From NCBI GenBank assembly GCA_963749495.1, contig CAVVMW010000021.1:128001-192000 (forward strand): a stretch of DNA of 64,000 nt. The letters are read 5' to 3'. Origin of the DNA: an uncultured bacterium (lineage in GTDB: Bacteria > Verrucomicrobiota > Verrucomicrobiia > Limisphaerales > UBA8199). The position numbers and the translations under genes were made by a program. Shown here in pieces: positions 40,887-54,217 of the stretch. The notes beneath the pieces are model-generated. The model did not search any database, had not been told where the DNA came from, and saw only the letters and a list, made by a program, of their open reading frames with translations. Numbering within the stretch: the first letter of the stretch is position 1; every line of letters starts with the position of its first letter.

Positions 40887-41963
40887 ATGCAGCGCGCGTT
40901 GCTCAAAGCAGCCAGCCGGGTCGTCGTGAAGCTGGGCACCGGTGTGTTGACCGACAGGACCAACGAGCCGGACCTGGCGCAGATGGGCCAACTGGTGGGG
41001 CAATTGGCCGAACAGCGCCGGGCGGGCAAGGAACTGGTCGTGGTGACCTCGGGGGCCGTCGGCGCCGGCATGGGCGCATTGGGGTTCGAAAAGCGCCCCA
41101 CGGATTTGGCGGAACTGCAGGCCTGCGCCGCCGTCGGCCAATCCCGGCTCATGGCCACCTATGAGAAGCTCTTCGCCGTCTTTGGTTTGGCCGTCGCACA
41201 ACTGCTCCTGACCCACGACGACCTGGCCCACCATGAACGCCACCTCAATGCCCGCAATACGCTCATCAGCCTCCTGTGCCATGGAGTGGTGCCCGTCATC
41301 AATGAAAACGACGTCGTCTCCTTCACCGAACTGAAGTTTGGGGACAACGACAAGCTCTGCGCGCTGGTGGCATCGCTCCTGCCGGCCGACCTGCTGGTCA
41401 TCCTGACGACCGTTGATGGCCTGGTGGAAGGCTTCGGCCAGGCCAATGCCAGGACCATCCCGACCGTCGAGCGTATCAATGCCGCCCTGGAGCAGATTGC
41501 CGGCGGGACCTCCAGCGCGACCGCCGTCGGCGGCATGGCCTCCAAGCTCGATGCCGCCAAGATCGCCGTCCGGTCCGGCATCCCCATGGTCATCGCCTCC
41601 GGCCGCAAGCAGCAGACGCTGGCGCGCGTGCTCGCCGGGGAGACCGAGGGGACGCTCTTCGTGCCGCACCCGAGGCGGCTCCGGGGACACAAGCGGTGGA
41701 TAGCCTTTTTTCATCATCCGCGTGGAACCTTGCTGGTGGATGCGGGCGCCCGCAAGGCCCTGCGCGAGGGCGGCAAGAGCCTCCTGCCGCCTGGCATCAC
41801 CCGCTGCGAAGGCGACTTCCAGGCCGGCGAGGTCGTCCGGATATGCGATCTGGATGGCACCGAGTTCGCCCGCGGCGTCGCCGCCTTTGATGCCGCCCAG
41901 ATCAAAGCCCGGCAGCTCAGACGGGTCGAAGTGGTCCACCGGGACAACCTGGTGATCCTCTAA
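40887..41963 (+). CDS. proB: Glutamate 5-kinase with PUA domain
   Basis: VVKLGT, VTSGAV, INEND, FGDND, GGMASKL, VVHRDNLV. Confidence 0.96.
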   Translation: MQRALLKAASRVVVKLGTGVLTDRTNEPDLAQMGQLVGQLAEQRRAGKELVVVTSGAVGAGMGALGFEKRPTDLAELQACAAVGQSRLMATYEKLFAVFGLAVAQLLLTHDDLAHHERHLNARNTLISLLCHGVVPVINENDVVSFTELKFGDNDKLCALVASLLPADLLVILTTVDGLVEGFGQANARTIPTVERINAALEQIAGGTSSATAVGGMASKLDAAKIAVRSGIPMVIASGRKQQTLARVLAGETEGTLFVPHPRRLRGHKRWIAFFHHPRGTLLVDAGARKALREGGKSLLPPGITRCEGDFQAGEVVRICDLDGTEFARGVAAFDAAQIKARQLRRVEVVHRDNLVIL

Positions 41964-42016
41964 AAGCGGAACAATCAACATTGGCACACCCATGCGGGTT
42001 TTGCGTCGTACGATTC

Positions 42017-42102
42017 AGTCCGACCGGTCCGACGGGTCCGACCAGTCCGACGGGTCCGACCAGTCCGACGGGTCCGACGGGTCCGACGGGTCCGACCAGT
42101 CC
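42017..42102. repeat. 9-mer tandem repeat (NNGTCCGAC, about 9 units)
   Basis: Seen directly. Confidence 0.9.
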
Positions 42103-42154
42103 AGGGCTCCGGGCATTGGTTTACAACTCACTCGGGCGCGGTTAGGCTGTCCAC

Positions 42155-43352
<1,198 letters not shown>

Positions 43353-43532
43353 GCCCGGTTTTTAAGAAGGACATTGCCAAGGCGGCCGGCCCGTAATAGA
43401 ATATTACCGTCATCAACACCAGCGTCTTCGTGGCCGGAGTGTTTTGGCGGCACGAACCTCATCGAGCGGCACTGGAAAATCAAATCTGCGGGGAACATGG
43501 TCAGACGCCCTGCGCGAAGCGGAGCAATGCTT

Positions 43533-43766
43533 ATGAGCACGCAAGAGATTATGACGGAGTTGGCAAAGCTGGACCGACAGCAACTTGAGCGGGTGGAGAG
43601 TCGGCTCCACGAATTGCTGGAAGCGGCTAGACCCAGCCAACAACCGCGGCAGAAACCCATCGGCGAGGTGCTGCTGGAATTCGCCGGACAGGCGCAAGGA
43701 CTGCCGGCGGATTATTCAAGCAACATCAACCACTACCTCTACGGCGTTCCGAAGCGGCAACCATGA
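43533..43766 (+). CDS. Putative antitoxin
   Basis: 77 aa, GLPADYSSNINHYLYG; ATGA overlap with the PIN gene. Confidence 0.75.
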   Translation: MSTQEIMTELAKLDRQQLERVESRLHELLEAARPSQQPRQKPIGEVLLEFAGQAQGLPADYSSNINHYLYGVPKRQP

Positions 43767-44161
43767 AGTTTGCCGATACGAACTTCCTGGTGGCTTTGTT
43801 GAACCCAAAGGATCAGTGGCACGCGCTGGCGACGACTGCCGCGGGCACCTTGGACGAACCTGTGGTCACAACGACGTGGGTGCTGGTTGAACTGGGCGAC
43901 GCCCTTTCGGTGGGCGGCAATCGTTCCCTATTCCTGCGCTTCGTTGATCGGCTTTCGCAACAGCCTCAGTGGGACACAGTCTCTGCTTCGCGTGAGTGGT
44001 TCGCGCGGGGACTCGAACTATTTCGAGCGCGCGCCGACAAGGACTGGTCGCTTACCGACTGCATCTCGTTCGCAGTGATGAAGGAACGCCGCGTCACGGA
44101 GGCACTGACTCACGACCACCACTTCGAGCAAGCAGGGTTCCGGATATTGTTGAAGGCTTGA
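43763..44161 (+). CDS. vapC: PIN-domain VapC-family toxin
   Basis: FADTN, VLVE, SLTDCISF, LTHDHHFEQAGF. Confidence 0.9.
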   Translation: MKFADTNFLVALLNPKDQWHALATTAAGTLDEPVVTTTWVLVELGDALSVGGNRSLFLRFVDRLSQQPQWDTVSASREWFARGLELFRARADKDWSLTDCISFAVMKERRVTEALTHDHHFEQAGFRILLKA

Positions 44162-44211
44162 TCGGGGAGAATCGAGGGCGTGGAGCATCCACAACGCCCC
44201 AGCGGCCCCCT

Positions 44212-45425
44212 TCACTCCAGCGCCGGCTGGCTGCCGTCGAGCATCTTCACCTGGTTGTGGAGAAAGTACTCGCGTGTGAGGGCCTTGAGCATTCGGGCGC
44301 GGTGGTCGAAGAGGCGTTTGAGCTTGCGCGGCTTGTGCCGGGCCAGGGCATAGTGAGTGAGCAGCGGCATGGCGATCGTGGTGTCCGTGTAGCAGACCAC
44401 CGCATCGGGGAGCCGTTCCGGGTCCACCTTGCCCCAACTGACCGCCTCGCTGGGCGTGGCGCCGGACAGGCCGCCGGTATCGGGCCGGGCGTCGGTGACC
44501 TGGAGGAAATAGTCCTGGCCGAATTCCTTGATGCGGAGGACCTCCTGGATCTGCGGCTCGGTCTGGAGCATGAAGTTCTTGGGGCTGCCGCCGCCCCAGA
44601 GGACCACACCGCTCTTGCCGCCGGCGCGTTTGGCCGCCAGCACGTAGGCGGTGGTTTCATTGACGTCAATGGACGGGTTGATGCGGAGCTTGTTGCCGCG
44701 CAGTTCGACGCCGGCCACGTTCATGCCGATGGTCGAGTCGCCGGGCGAGGAGGTGTAGCAGGGCACGCCGGCGCGATAGGCGGCGGCGAGGACCGAGAAC
44801 GTCCTTGAAGGCCGGCCTTGCGCTCCCATTCGGCGCAATACCTGCCCAGCAGATAATGCAGTTCCGCCGTGCCCATCTCCTTTTGAAACTCCGGCTGCGT
44901 GAGGATGCCCTCAAGGATCTCGTCGGTCGCCATCAGGCAATCGCTGTAGCCCAGCAGCACGTCATAGACCCGCACGATGTCGTTGTTGCGCAGGTCGGTG
45001 TCGTCGAACTTGAAACTGCCGACACGCACCGGGTAGTTGAGGGCAAAGTGCATGTCGTGATACAGGTTGGCGCCCGTGGCCACGAGCCAGTCCACGAACC
45101 CCGCCTTGATCAGCGGCACAATGCTCGAACAGCCCATCCCGGCAGGCGTCAGCGCCCCGGCAAAGCTCATCCCCACCGTCACGTCGGCCTCGAGCATCTT
45201 CCCCGTGAACAATTGGCACCCTTCCTTGAGCCGCGCGCCGTTGTAGGCCAGAAACGTCTCATCCACCAGGTCCGGCAGCTTCTCCCGCCCGGTGATGTTC
45301 CGGGGCAGAATGCGTTTGCCCGACATGTACTGCTCGCGGTGCGGACAGTGCTGCTTCTTCAGCCACTCCGGCATTTCGCCTAGGTCGGGTCTGGCTCGGA
45401 CGTGCTTGGTCTTTGTCTTGGGCAT
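44212..45425 (-). CDS. Deoxyhypusine synthase-like (SpeY-type) protein; frameshift near 44805
   Basis: [45 protein letters not shown]. Confidence 0.9.
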
Positions 45426-45495
45426 ATAAAATCCAAATTTTGCGCAGAAACAATACGCGGGAAAGGCAAGATGCCAACTCTTAAATGCGCAGCAC

Positions 45496-45690
45496 GCGCG
45501 TCGCGTAGCGACGCAGTGAAGGTAGCCGCGGACCTCGGTCCACGGTTTGCGGCGTGGGAACGGTCCCGCGTCGCGTAGCGACGCCTGACGGACTCGCGGT
45601 TTTCAGGCGTCGCTACGCAACGCGCTCGAAGCTTGGGCCATGGGTCCGTGGACTGAAGTCCACGGCTACCATCGGCCACCGCTACGCGGT
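45496..45690. repeat. Family A REPIN
   Basis: Full mirrored unit. Confidence 0.88.
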
Positions 45691-45772
45691 CAGCCAGCAG
45701 AGCGGTTTGTGCAAATGCGCGAGGAATCTTGCCCGAGATTTGGAGAAACGACTATCCTGCGCGCGGATTTCT

Positions 45773-46870
45773 ATGGCCAAACAGAATATCGAGAGCGCCC
45801 GGGCCCCATCGGAGCTGGGCTTCGCAATGCCGGCGGAGTGGGCCAAACACAAGGCCACGTGGCTGGGTTGGCCGCACAATCCGACCGATTGGCCGGACAA
45901 GCTCGATGCCATCCGCTGGGTCTATGTCGAGATGGTCCGCAAGATTTCGCCTGGCGAACTGGTGCGCATCCTGGTCCGCAACCGGGCCGAGGAGCAGCAG
46001 GCCGCCCGCCACCTGGTCCGCTCCGGGGCGGACCTCAACAATGTCCGGTTCATTCGCTGCCCGACCAACCGGGGCTGGATGCGCGACAGCGGGCCGATCT
46101 TCGTCAGCAACCGCAACTCCAAGGGCAGGGGACGGGGAGCGGCGACGGCCGTTGTGCATTTTCATTTCAATGCCTGGGCCAAGTATGACGATTGGCAGAA
46201 GGACCGGCGCGTGCCGGAGAAGGCGGCGCGGCTCCTGCGCAAACGGCTCTTCCACGCGCGGTGCCAGGGCCGCGATTTCGTCATCGAAGGCGGCGGCATC
46301 GAGGTCAACGGGCAGGGCACGCTGCTGACGACCGAGGAATGCTACCTGCACCCGAAGGTTCAGGTGCGCAACCCCGGGCTGGGGCGAGAGGAGATCGAGA
46401 CGACGCTCAGGGGTTACTTGGGCGTGACGAATGTCCTCTGGCTCGGCGCCGGACCGGCCGGCGACGACACCCATGGCCACATCGACAACATCTGCCGATT
46501 CGTCAATCGCGACACCCTCGTGCTCGTGAAGGAGACCAACCCCAGGGACGCCAATTACAGGCCGCTCGAGGAGAACTGGGAGCGCATCCGGGATTTGAGG
46601 CTCGAAGACGGCTCGAAACCAGCGGTGGTGCCCCTGCCGATGCCGGGGCCTCTCTATTTCGACAACTGTCGTTTGCCCGGCAGCTACGCCAATTTCTACA
46701 TCGCCAACAACGCCGTCATTGTCCCCACCTTCAACGACCCCAAGGATCGCATCGCCCTCGGCACTCTGGCCGAGCTCTTCAAAGACCGGCCCGTGGTCGG
46801 CATCCACGCCGTGGACCTCGTCCTGGGCTTTGGCACCCTCCACTGCCTGACCCAGCAAGAGCCGGCGTGA
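45773..46870 (+). CDS. aguA: Agmatine deiminase family protein
   Basis: MPAEW, WMRDSGP, EGGG, DDTHGHID, SYANF, GTLHCLTQQ. Confidence 0.9.
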   Translation: MAKQNIESARAPSELGFAMPAEWAKHKATWLGWPHNPTDWPDKLDAIRWVYVEMVRKISPGELVRILVRNRAEEQQAARHLVRSGADLNNVRFIRCPTNRGWMRDSGPIFVSNRNSKGRGRGAATAVVHFHFNAWAKYDDWQKDRRVPEKAARLLRKRLFHARCQGRDFVIEGGGIEVNGQGTLLTTEECYLHPKVQVRNPGLGREEIETTLRGYLGVTNVLWLGAGPAGDDTHGHIDNICRFVNRDTLVLVKETNPRDANYRPLEENWERIRDLRLEDGSKPAVVPLPMPGPLYFDNCRLPGSYANFYIANNAVIVPTFNDPKDRIALGTLAELFKDRPVVGIHAVDLVLGFGTLHCLTQQEPA

Positions 46871-46928
46871 GAAATCCGAAATCCGAAATCCGAAATCCGA
46901 GACAAATTCAAAATTCAAAACTCGAATG
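46871..46928. repeat. 7-mer tandem repeat (GAAATCC x4) with CAAAATT tail
   Basis: Seen directly. Confidence 0.8.
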
Positions 46929-46974
46929 CCCAAATCCCTTCCGCCAGGGCACGGTTCGGGCGCCCCTCCCGCGC

Positions 46975-47092
46975 GAAGCGTCTTGGAGTGCGGCAGTCCT
47001 CTGCCGCTTTGGTGTCCCCTGGGTCTGGGTCCAAAAAGCGCCAGAGGACTGGCGCAGTCCAAAACCTGCGGGCTTGGCGACGGTTCATGGAG
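46975..47092. repeat. REP-like family C, copy 2
   Basis: Shares the GAGGACTGGCGCAGTCCAAAACCT..GGGCTTGGC..TCATGGAGA arm with 15806-15920. Confidence 0.75.
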
Positions 47093-47157
47093 AGGCCGCG
47101 CGATTTTACAAAAGGATGACAAACAGGAGGCGGCGGGTGTGTCATAGTGAGCGTCAG

Positions 47158-50100
47158 ATGAAACGAATTGAACTAATGAAATTGAGACTCCTCTTAAGCG
47201 GATTGCTCTTCGCCGCGGTGCCTCTGGTTCTGGGGGCGGCCAACAACGACCCGACGGCGTCCTTGCAGAAAGGGCTCTTCGAGGAAGAGGCCAACCACAA
47301 CCTGCCTGCGGCCATCCAGGCTTACCAAACGGTCATCGCCCAGTTCGACAAAGACCGCAAGCTGGCGGCCACAGCCGTCTTCCGCCTGGGCGAATGCTAT
47401 CGCAAACAGGGCAACACGAACGAGGCCGTGGCGCAGTACCAGCGCATCCTGCGCGAGTTCGCCGACCAGCAGCCGCTGGTCGAGCTCAGCCGCCAAGGCC
47501 TGGCAACGCAGGGCGCCTTGGTGGCCGGCGGCCCTCCCCTCTCCTACCAATGGCGCAAAGAGGGCACCAACTGGCAAGTCTGGCTCCCGAACCCCGCCAT
47601 CCAGGAGCAGAAACGCCTCCTCCAGGAAGAAATCAAACTGGTCGAGCAAAAGCTCGCCGGCCAGCAGAATGCCTTGAAGGTGGGCAGGCTGAGCACTGAT
47701 GAGTTGGCGGACACCCAGCGGGAGATCTTGGAACTCAAGCGCGCCGCTGCCGCGCTTGATGACGGCCAACCCGCCGCCATCCAGGAGCAGAAGCGGCTGC
47801 TCGATGAGGCAATCAAGCTCGGGGAGCAAACGCTGGCCAAAGCGGAGGGACGGTACCGCGGCGGGATGGGAGATTGGCAGGCGGTACCTGACGGCCCAGC
47901 GTGACCTGCTCGACCTCAAGGTCCGCAAGGCCGCGCTCGATGCCGCCCAGCCCGCCGCCGTCCAGGAGCAAAAGCGGCTGCTCGACGAGGAGATTAAGGT
48001 CGTCGAGCAAGAGTTGAGCACGCAAGAAGCGAGGTACAAGAGCGGAATTGCCGACGAGACCTCATTCCTGCCGACCCAGCAGGACCTGCTCGAACTGAAG
48101 CGCCGCAAGGCCGCGCTCAACGCCGGCCAACCCCTCTCGACCGCGGCAGCCCAGCCGCCGACAACTTCGGCCGAGGCGGAGGAGATCGCCCGCATCCAAG
48201 AGATGATCAAGAACAGCCCGGACTTGATCAACGCCCCGGATGCGGTAGGCCGAAGACCCCTCCACGCGGCGGCGGAGGCGGGCCAGGTGATTGTGGCGGA
48301 GTATCTGCTGAAGAATGCGGCGGATGCGAACCTGAAGGACAACAACGGCGACACCCCGTTGAGTTTGGCGGCCAGCGGCGGGCACCGGGTCCTGGCGGAA
48401 CTGCTCCTCAAGCATGGCGCCTCGGTGGATGCCGCAGACAGCTCGGGGGAAACCCCTTTGCACAAGGCCGCCGCCAAGGGATTCAAGAGCGTGGTTGAAC
48501 TCCTGTTGGCCAACAAGGCCAAGGTCGATGCCCGGGACAACTTTGGCGACACGCCGCTGCACAAGGCCGCCGCGGCGGGTCAGGCCGCCGTGGCGGAACT
48601 GCTCCTGGCCCACCACGCCGAGGTGAACGCGAAAAACTCCGGACCGCCGCCAGTCTTCAACCTCCCGAACCAACACACCAAGGGTGCCACCCCTTTGGTC
48701 GAGGCCATCCTGGGCAAGCAGGTTGCAGTCGTCAAACTCCTGCTCGCCGACAAAGCGGAAGTCAATATCGAGTGCGAGATTTGGCACTTCAATCGCGGCG
48801 GGCAGCTCTCGCTGCGCAGCCCGAGCATCCGCTGCTCGCCTCTCTTTCTTGCCGCTGCCGTGGGCAATCCTGAAATCGTCAAGCTGCTGCTCGACAGCGG
48901 CGCGGCCCCCAACGCCCAAACCTCTGCCGCAGACGAGAGCGCTGGCGGGCTGACCCCTTTGTTGGCCGCCGCGCGGCTGGGCGAGGCCGAGATCGCCCAA
49001 TTGCTCCTGTCCCACAAGGCCGACCCGAACACGCCCGATAGTGGGAGCAAGGATAGCTTGGGCACGACGCGTCCGGGGCGGTTCGGCGGGGGGGGGCGGG
49101 GCGACCCGAACACGCCCGATAGTGGGGGCAAGACGCCGTTGCACTACGCAGTCATCAAAAAGTCCCGGGATCTGATCAAGCTCCTCCTGGCCAATCACGC
49201 CGAGGTCAACCGCCAGGATCGGGCTGGCTGGACGCCCCTCTGCTACGCCATGAATGCCGCGGACATCGAGATCGCTGCCGCCTTGCTGGATGCCAAGGCC
49301 GACCCGAACGTGAAAGACCAGCAGGGTAGAAGCCTGCTCCTCCTTGCGGTGGCGGACTGGGACCAGCCGGGCCACCAATGGAGCCCGCAAACCCGCAGGG
49401 AGATGGTCAAGCTCCTCCTGGCACACGGCGGCGAGGTCGACGCCCGGGACCATGAGGGCAAGACACCCCTTAACTACGCCGTGGAGAACCGCAACACAGA
49501 GATCGCCGCCATCCTCCTGGACGCCAATGCCAGCCCGAATGTCAAGGACCCCGTGTTTCAAACTCTGCTGCACCGTGTGCTGTCGTCGACCCAGCCAGGC
49601 GGCACCTTGCAGGAGATGGTCAAGCTCCTCGTCGCCCACCATGCCGATGTCAACTGCCGGGATGAGCACGGCAAGACACCCTTGAGCTACGCCGCCGGGC
49701 TCGCGGAGACCGACATCGCTGCCGTCCTGCTGGACGCCAAGGCCGACCCGAATGTCAAAGACGAGAATGGCCAGACGCCGCTCCACGTCGCGGCGCAATG
49801 GGGCGCGCACGGCAACAAGGCGATGGTCGAGCTGCTGCTGGCCAAAGGCGCAGAGCCCAATATTCGCGACAATGCCGGCAACACGCCTTTAGCCCTGGCC
49901 AAGCAACCGCGGCAGCCGGGGTTCCCAGTGCCGATGAATATCAATTTGCTGCCCCAGCCCGGGTTCAGCCCGGGCTTGCCCGGACAGCCCGCCCGCTTTC
50001 CGGCCCCCACCTCCGTTCAAACGCCCGCCCAGCCCGGCGAAATCGCCGAGCTTCTGCGCAAGCATGGCGCCATTGAAGACCTGCCGCGGACCGACGTGAT

Positions 50101-50807
50101 CGAGGTCCGGCGGCCTTCGGCCAACTACTCCCAGGTCGTCTTCACCAAGGGCACAAACAACTACAACCGTTTCAGCCTCTATGAACTCATTGCCGCTCAC
50201 TATGGCTTTGTGACACAGGATCCGTCAGTCCAGCAGGGCTTCGACGACCCAGGCTGGCGTCGGCAGGGCGCCCTGGCCTTTCCGATCCTGGACCGGGTGA
50301 CGGTTCAGCACCCAACTGGCAATGCATTGGGCTGGACCGGGTACCTGGTCAACGGCCCGTTCCGGCGGCCCGATTGTTCGGGTGATCAGCAACTCCAATG
50401 GGGCGACGTGGTGGAAATTCCAGAGGCAGACCATCCGATCAACGCCATCTGGCAGGGCCTGCCGGAGGAGATCCTGGCGGGGCTCAGGCGGTGCGTGGAC
50501 CGCCACGTCCTGTTAACCGTCAAGGGCCAGACGACTAACCTCCTGTTGAGCCTGCAAACCAAGAACCCAGCAGGGGGGGTTCAGGGGGCTCTCGTGCCTA
50601 CACTCCTCCGTCCTTTGCCCTGCTGCCGGTGCTGCAAGCCTCCGGCCTGCTGCGCGCCTCCTCGGACCTCTCCCGCATCACGGTCAAGCGCCGCGACGCG
50701 GCCACCGGCCAGTTGTACGAGCTGGCCTTCGATTGCTCGGGCAACGGGGCCCAGGCCCCGGTTTCTGGCTCCGCGACGGCAACGCCATCGAGGTGCCGGA
50801 GAAGTAA
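47158..50807 (+). CDS. Secreted TPR + coiled-coil repeat + ankyrin-repeat protein; frameshifts near 47880, 50600 and 50760
   Basis: Signal peptide; AVFRLGECYRKQG; three PAxIQEQKRLL repeats; many GxTPLH repeats; ends near DGNAIEVPEK. Confidence 0.85.
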
Positions 50808-50816
50808 ACGCGGCGG

Positions 50817-51275
50817 CGCGCGTCGCGTAGCGACGCAGTGAAGGTAGCCGTGGACCTCGGTCCACGGTTTTGGGCATGGGAATGCGCCTGCGTCGCGTAG
50901 CGAGGCCTGACGGCCTCGCGTTGGCCGAGCTAAATCCTGTTTTTCAACCGTCGCTACGCGACGCGCCCGAACTTGGACCATTGGTCCGTGGACTGGAAGT
51001 CCACGGCTACCATCAGACACCGCTACGCGGTGAGGAATCGGGCGGCGCCTGCGTCGCGTACCTGCGTCGCGTAGCAACGCAGTGAAGGTAGCCGTGGACC
51101 TCGGTCCACGGTTTTGGGCATGGGAATGCGCCTGCGTCGCGTAGCAACGCCTGACGGCCTCGCGTTGGCCGAGCTAAATCCTGTTTTCCAACCGTCGCTA
51201 CGCAACGCGCCCGAGCCTGGGCCATCTGTCCGTGGACTGAAAGTCCACGGCTACCATCAGGCACCGCTACGGGGT
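50817..51275. repeat. Two tandem family A REPINs
   Basis: Near-identical units starting about 50820 and 51064. Confidence 0.9.
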
Positions 51276-51372
51276 GATGGAAGCTCCCGGGACCCGCAGC
51301 CCTTGCCTGGGGCTGCGCGCTTCACCCCAGGCTTTCACATTGCGGGCCTTCGGCCCTCTCGTTTTCCTGGTT

Positions 51373-54172
51373 TCACGTTTCACGTTTCACGCTCCCCTCA
51401 TCCAGGCTGTGGATGGCGCGGCGGAGGCGCTGCTCGATGGCCAGGCGGCGATCCGGGGCCAGGACGCGCCCGCCGTCGGCCTCGCGGACGTAAAAGCTGT
51501 CGATGGCCGCGCCTTTCTCGGTGAGGATCTTGGCGGTCGAGATGTCGAGGTTCAGTTCTGCCAGGGTTTGGGAGATGACGAAGAGCAGGCCGAGGCGGTC
51601 TTCGGTCTCGACCTCGATGAGGGTGCGGGTGTCGGAGGCCTCGTTGTCGAAGCGGATCTGGGTGGAGAGCTGCTCGCCGGTATAGGCGGAGTAAAGGGGG
51701 CGTGTGATTTTCTGGCGGGCGATCAGGGCCGGGAAATCCACCTGGCCGCCGGTCAGGGCCTTGTTGAGGAACGTCCTGGAATTTGTCGCGCTGGTCGGCG
51801 CCGGCGAGGCCTCCGGTGCGGGCATCGGCAACCGAGAAGGTGTCCAGCACGATGTCGTCGGAGCGGGTGAAGATGCCGGCGCTGAGGATGTTCAGGCCGG
51901 CGGCGCTGAAGGAGCCTGCTATCTTGCTGAAAAGCCCGGCCCGGTCCCAGGTGCAGACTTTGACCAGGTTGGAGCCGCGGTCCAATTCGTCGAGCCAGGT
52001 CACGACGGTCGCCAGCGGGCTTTGCTCCTCGTTGTCATCGAGGACCTGAAGGCGCATGAAGCGGTTGGCCAGCTTGAGGTCGTCGGCCACGTCGCGGGCG
52101 GAGTGAACTTGGAAATAGCGGGCGGGCAGGGTGGCGAAGTGGGCCTGGACTTCATCCTCAGGTTGGCTGCCGTCCAACAGGCGGGTGACCTCCTGGCGCA
52201 GCAACTGGAGCTGCACCTCCTCGGTCCGCACGAACTCGCTGGCGCCGGTCATCAGGGACATGGTCTTGTGGTGGAGCGACCAGAGCAGAGAGTCTTTGAA
52301 GCCGTTCCAGAGCTTGTCGCTGGTGGCCAGGGAATCGGCGTAGGTGTGGAGGGTGAGCATGGAGAGGGTCTCGGGGGTCTGGGCCTGTTTGGCAACGTGG
52401 CGGATGACGGCGGGGTCGTCCAGGTCGCGGCGCTGGGAGATGCTGGCCAGGAGGAGGTGGTTTTCGATGACCAGGCGCAGGACGTGGGTGGCGGCGCCGT
52501 CCAGGCCCAGGCGCATGGCCACGCGGAGGGCCATGGCGGCGCTGCGGGCCGGGTGGCCGTGGCCCTGGGGCTTGCCCAAATCGTGCAGCAGCAGGGCCAG
52601 GTAGAGCACAAAGGGCCGCTCCAGCTTATGGAACAGCTCGGCATAGGCGGCGGCGGGCGGGTCCTTGGCGTCCCAAATCCGGTCCAACTGCTCCAGGCAC
52701 ATCAGGGTGTGCTCGTCGGCGGCGTATTGGTGATAGAACTCGTGCTGGACCAGGCAGGTCAGCTTGCCAAACTCCGGGATGTAGCGGCCCAGCAGGTCGG
52801 TCTCGTGCATGGCGCGCAGGATGGGCGCCACGTTGCCCCGCTGGTCGAGGATGGCCAGGAACGTCTCCCGCACGTGCTCGTCGGTCAGGAAGGCGCGGTC
52901 AACCAGAACCATCTCGTTGCGGATGAGCTGGGCCAGGTCCGGGTGCAGGCCCAGGCCGCGCTGCTGGGCATAGAGAAAGACGCGCATGAGCCGGCGCGGC
53001 TGCTCGTGAAAGACGCGCTCGGAGACCGCGTAGATTTGCCGCTCGTTGAACCCGAAGCCGTCCACGGGCTGATGGACGGGCTTGCGGCCGCCAGGCAGGA
53101 AGGAGCGCAGGGAGAGGCGGCGCGGGGCGGGGGCTTGGAGGGCCAGGCGCTGCTCCAGCGTGCGCGTGATCAGGAAGATGCTGCGCGCGCGCATATAGAC
53201 CTCGCGCATGAACCCCTCGATGCGTTTGCTGGGCGAGCGTTCGCCAAAGCCCAGGTTCAGTGCCACAGCCGGCTGGAGGTTCTTGGTCAGCACGTCCATC
53301 GCCCGGTTGGCGTGGTAGTGCATCTCGGTCCGCACCCGCAGCAGGAAATCATAGGCCCTCTCGAGCTGCCTGCGCTCTGTTTCCCTGATGAGTCCGTGCC
53401 CTTGCAGCTCCTTGAGCGAGCGCGTATGGCACTTGAAAAAGGCCATCCACAGCAGGTTCTGAAAGTCTCTGAGGCCGCCGCAGCCGTTCTTGAGATTGGG
53501 TTCCTGCATGCAGGCCGAATTGCCGAATTTCTCGCGCCGCGCCGCCTGGTCCGCCAGCCGCATGGCGATATACTCCTGTTGGTGCCCCGCCACGCATTTG
53601 CTCAGAATCGCTTTCTCGAACTTGTTGAACAGCCCTTCGTCCCCTACGATGAGCCGCGCCTCGATGAGCGAGGTCTTGGATTGCATGTCGGTGTTTGCCA
53701 CCTTCACACAATCGTCGATGCTCCGGACCGAATGGCCCACCTTGAGCCCGATGTCCCAGAGCGGGTAGAGGATGCCGTCAATGATCTTCGACAAATGCGG
53801 CAGCGGCCGGTTGCCGGCAATCTGGCCGCTGTGCAGGAACATGAAATCGATGTCGCTGTGCGGGTTCAGCTCGGCCCGGCCGTAGCCACCGATGCCCACC
53901 AGGGCCAGCGGCGGGAATTCCTTCTGCGCCTGCTCGGTCAGTTTCCGCTTGGCCGTGTCCCACAAATGGCGCAGCAGCAAATCCAGCATCACCGCCCGCG
54001 CCCGGCACACCTCCAGACCCCCGCCTCCGGCCCGGTGGACCATCTTGAGCCGATGGGTCTCGACCTTGAGAAATGCTCTATAGCGGTCCAGTTCCTGCGG
54101 GGGTTGCTGCCCGGGCGGCAGCGGCAGCCGCGCCGCCGCGCTCGCCTCGATTTTCCTGAGCAATTCCTGCAT
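51373..54172 (-). CDS. glnD: [Protein-PII] uridylyltransferase; frameshift near 51778
   Basis: GGYGRAELNPHSDID, EPNLKNGCGGLRD, YHQYAADEH, LLHDLGK, two ACT domains. Confidence 0.95.
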
Positions 54173-54217
54173 GCAACCCTAGCTTGCGGGAGGAGTGCGT
54201 TGAACGCAACCCCCAAG

